Shown in pieces: positions 24,001 to 25,466 of a stretch of DNA of 25,466 bases; position 1 is the first letter of the stretch; each line of letters begins with the position of its first letter. The notes under the pieces are model-generated. The model was given only the letters and a program-made list of their open reading frames with translations, was not told the DNA's origin and searched no databases. Origin of the DNA: a virus (Duplodnaviria > Caudoviricetes); the IMG/VR virus record IMGVR_UViG_3300049009_000469, positions 1-25,466 of that record. One strand, 5' to 3'. Made by a program: the position numbers and the translations under genes.

Positions 24001-24477
24001 TCAATTCTCCGTTAATAGCATTCTAACGCCGTTGTTGTGCGCTAGGGCTAGTCTTTTATCCAACATTCCGCACGCGGGGATAACGTAAATTCGTTCTTCA
24101 ATCTCATCTATATCGGTGCAGCCATCGGGGTTGTCATATTCATCAACCCACACAAGTTCTTTATCAGACACATAGCCAACACGCCTAGCACCTGCTGGCG
24201 CATCAAACGCCATAGGCGCGGTCAAGGTATGTATCTCGTCGCCTAAGTTAACCGAGATCGTACCCTGCTCAAGTCTTACCTTGTACTCGCACTTATGTTC
24301 AGCGCCGATAATAATTGACCACGGCGGGGCGATCATCTTGCGAATGTACTTGCCATCCTTAAACGAATGGATCGTCTTAATGTCAGCCTGTGGCATTTTT
24401 AAAAGTTCATCTTGCAGCACGTCAATCTTTTGTTGCAAGGTGGGCTTTAGAAAGTCAAGGTCAAAGGTCACCTTCAC
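24001..24477 (-). CDS. Hypothetical protein, cupin-like
   Basis: HSFKDGKYIRKM...GAEHK...APAGARRVGY. Start moved to the GTG at 24477 (GTGA overlap). Confidence 0.65.
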   Translation of the reverse strand: MKVTFDLDFLKPTLQQKIDVLQDELLKMPQADIKTIHSFKDGKYIRKMIAPPWSIIIGAEHKCEYKVRLEQGTISVNLGDEIHTLTAPMAFDAPAGARRVGYVSDKELVWVDEYDNPDGCTDIDEIEERIYVIPACGMLDKRLALAHNNGVRMLLTEN

Positions 24478-24776
24478 ACTTGCACCCAAGTCCAAGTCTG
24501 TTCATCTAGCACCCAATCGCCCTCGGTAGGCATAGGGGCGTAGAACACGTCATTGGATTGGTCGTAGGTGTAGCCAATCCCTGCGTAGTTGCCACGCAAT
24601 GCTACACCGCCATCAGGTTGCCCGTCTTGCCCGTAGTGGACATTGCCCCGAGTGTTGTAGGAGGTCTGCAACCAAGTGCCAGGTGAGCTATCGACAAACG
24701 TATCAAAGAATGATGCGTCAGCCACAATGACTTCTAAAACCAATCCGTTTAAAACTTTGGCGTAGTTGCTCAACAT
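24474..24776 (-). CDS. Conserved hypothetical tail-associated protein (100 aa)
   Basis: Real start is the ATG at 24776 with an AAGGAG RBS; WLQTSYN, RGNYAGIGYTYD and DVFYAP motifs. The upstream part of the 199-aa track ORF is a shadow of the Gly-rich gene. Confidence 0.8.
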   Translation of the reverse strand: MLSNYAKVLNGLVLEVIVADASFFDTFVDSSPGTWLQTSYNTRGNVHYGQDGQPDGGVALRGNYAGIGYTYDQSNDVFYAPMPTEGDWVLDEQTWTWVQV

Positions 24777-24783
24777 ATTCTCC

Positions 24784-25466
24784 TTATGCGTTGTAAGTGC
24801 CAGACGAAGTGAACGTGTGGATGGTGTACCCACCTGACGTTGTGACCGTGCCGCCTGTTCCACGCTGACTGCCGAGGTAGGCAATAATAGCAACGCCTGA
24901 CCCGCCGTTGCCACCTGGCGTGCCCCCTCCTCCACCACCACCGCCAGTATTGACAGTTCCTGATGTTGCACTTGTTCCAGCCCCTGCGCCCACTCCACCA
25001 CCACCATTACCACCTGCGCCAGCATTTGTTGTACCCGCACCGCCGCCGCCGCCTGCATAATAAACAGACGCACCTGAAATTAAACTTGTTGCACCAACGC
25101 CACCACTGCCACCTGTTGATGACACGGGATTTCCGCCTATTGCACCCCCACCACCACCACCTGCGCCTGACGGGCCACTAGCACCTTGTCCACCTGCAAA
25201 TCCTTGTCCTGAAGTAGCCGCACCGCCAACACTACTTGCGTTAGACCCACCGCCGCCAGAGCCACCGGACAATCCGTTGTTATTAGTAGAGTTTGCTCCA
25301 CCACCGCCCCCGCCTACAGCAGTTGCAATTGCTGAGATACTTGAGTTTGTGCCGTTAGTACCTGTTGCTGTGTTAACAGATGACCCCGCACCGCCGGAGC
25401 CAATGGTGATTGTGTATGCTGTACCTGCAATTAATGAAACAGAACCTGCTAACAGCCCACCTGCGC
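24784..25466 (-). CDS. Glycine-rich tail fibre-like protein (C-terminal part; starts beyond the right edge)
   Basis: The frame is open from the window edge: AGGLLAGS..YTITIGSGG, YYAGGGGG, NTGGGGGG, GGSGVAIIAY, GYTIHTFTSSGTY. Confidence 0.85.
   Translation of the reverse strand, partial: AGGLLAGSVSLIAGTAYTITIGSGGAGSSVNTATGTNGTNSSISAIATAVGGGGGGANSTNNNGLSGGSGGGGSNASSVGGAATSGQGFAGGQGASGPSGAGGGGGGAIGGNPVSSTGGSGGVGATSLISGASVYYAGGGGGAGTTNAGAGGNGGGGVGAGAGTSATSGTVNTGGGGGGGGTPGGNGGSGVAIIAYLGSQRGTGGTVTTSGGYTIHTFTSSGTYNA

Noticed and set aside
24777-25073. N-terminal 99 aa of the 199-aa track ORF
   Set aside because: Alternative frame of the Gly-rich tail gene. The true start with AAGGAG is at 24776.
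24784-25466. CCA/CCG trinucleotide runs as a DNA repeat element
   Set aside because: They are simply the poly-Gly codons of the tail protein.
1-25466. Alternative genetic code, tRNAs, integrase/att site
   Set aside because: All major genes are intact in code 11 and TAA, TAG and TGA all serve as stops. I recognised no tRNA cloverleaf or recombinase motif by eye.

Overview
About 25 kb of a tailed dsDNA bacteriophage with a P22-like portal, probably podovirus-like. A CTGT-N8-ACAG LexA box suggests a Beta/Gammaproteobacterial host. Layout, left to right: (1) a leftward packaging/head operon (TerS, HNH-AP2 nuclease, TerL, two small proteins, GroES, start of the portal); (2) a ~750 bp non-coding control region with two short-repeat arrays, scattered iteron-like motifs and a near-consensus LexA box on a sigma70-like promoter; (3) a rightward 'early' cluster of small unknown genes, including a Cys-rich putative Fe-S protein; (4) a leftward replication operon (Cas4-like exonuclease, SSB-like protein, two tandem structured RNA candidates, NUMOD4-HNH, family A DNA polymerase, primase-helicase); (5) a rightward operon (VRR-NUC, a methyltransferase-like gene frameshifted at a G7 tract, SNF2 helicase, many small ORFs); (6) the leftward end of the virion/lysis operon (Gly-rich tail protein, three putative ejection proteins, holin-like proteins, GH19 endolysin). 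No integrase, repressor, tRNA or CRISPR array is visible. The strongest unexplained signals are the two pseudoknot-capable RNA elements at 11309-11549, the repeat/LexA control region, a ~45-nt promoter module present twice, and the G-tract frameshift. All family assignments come from motif recognition by eye, not from database searches.
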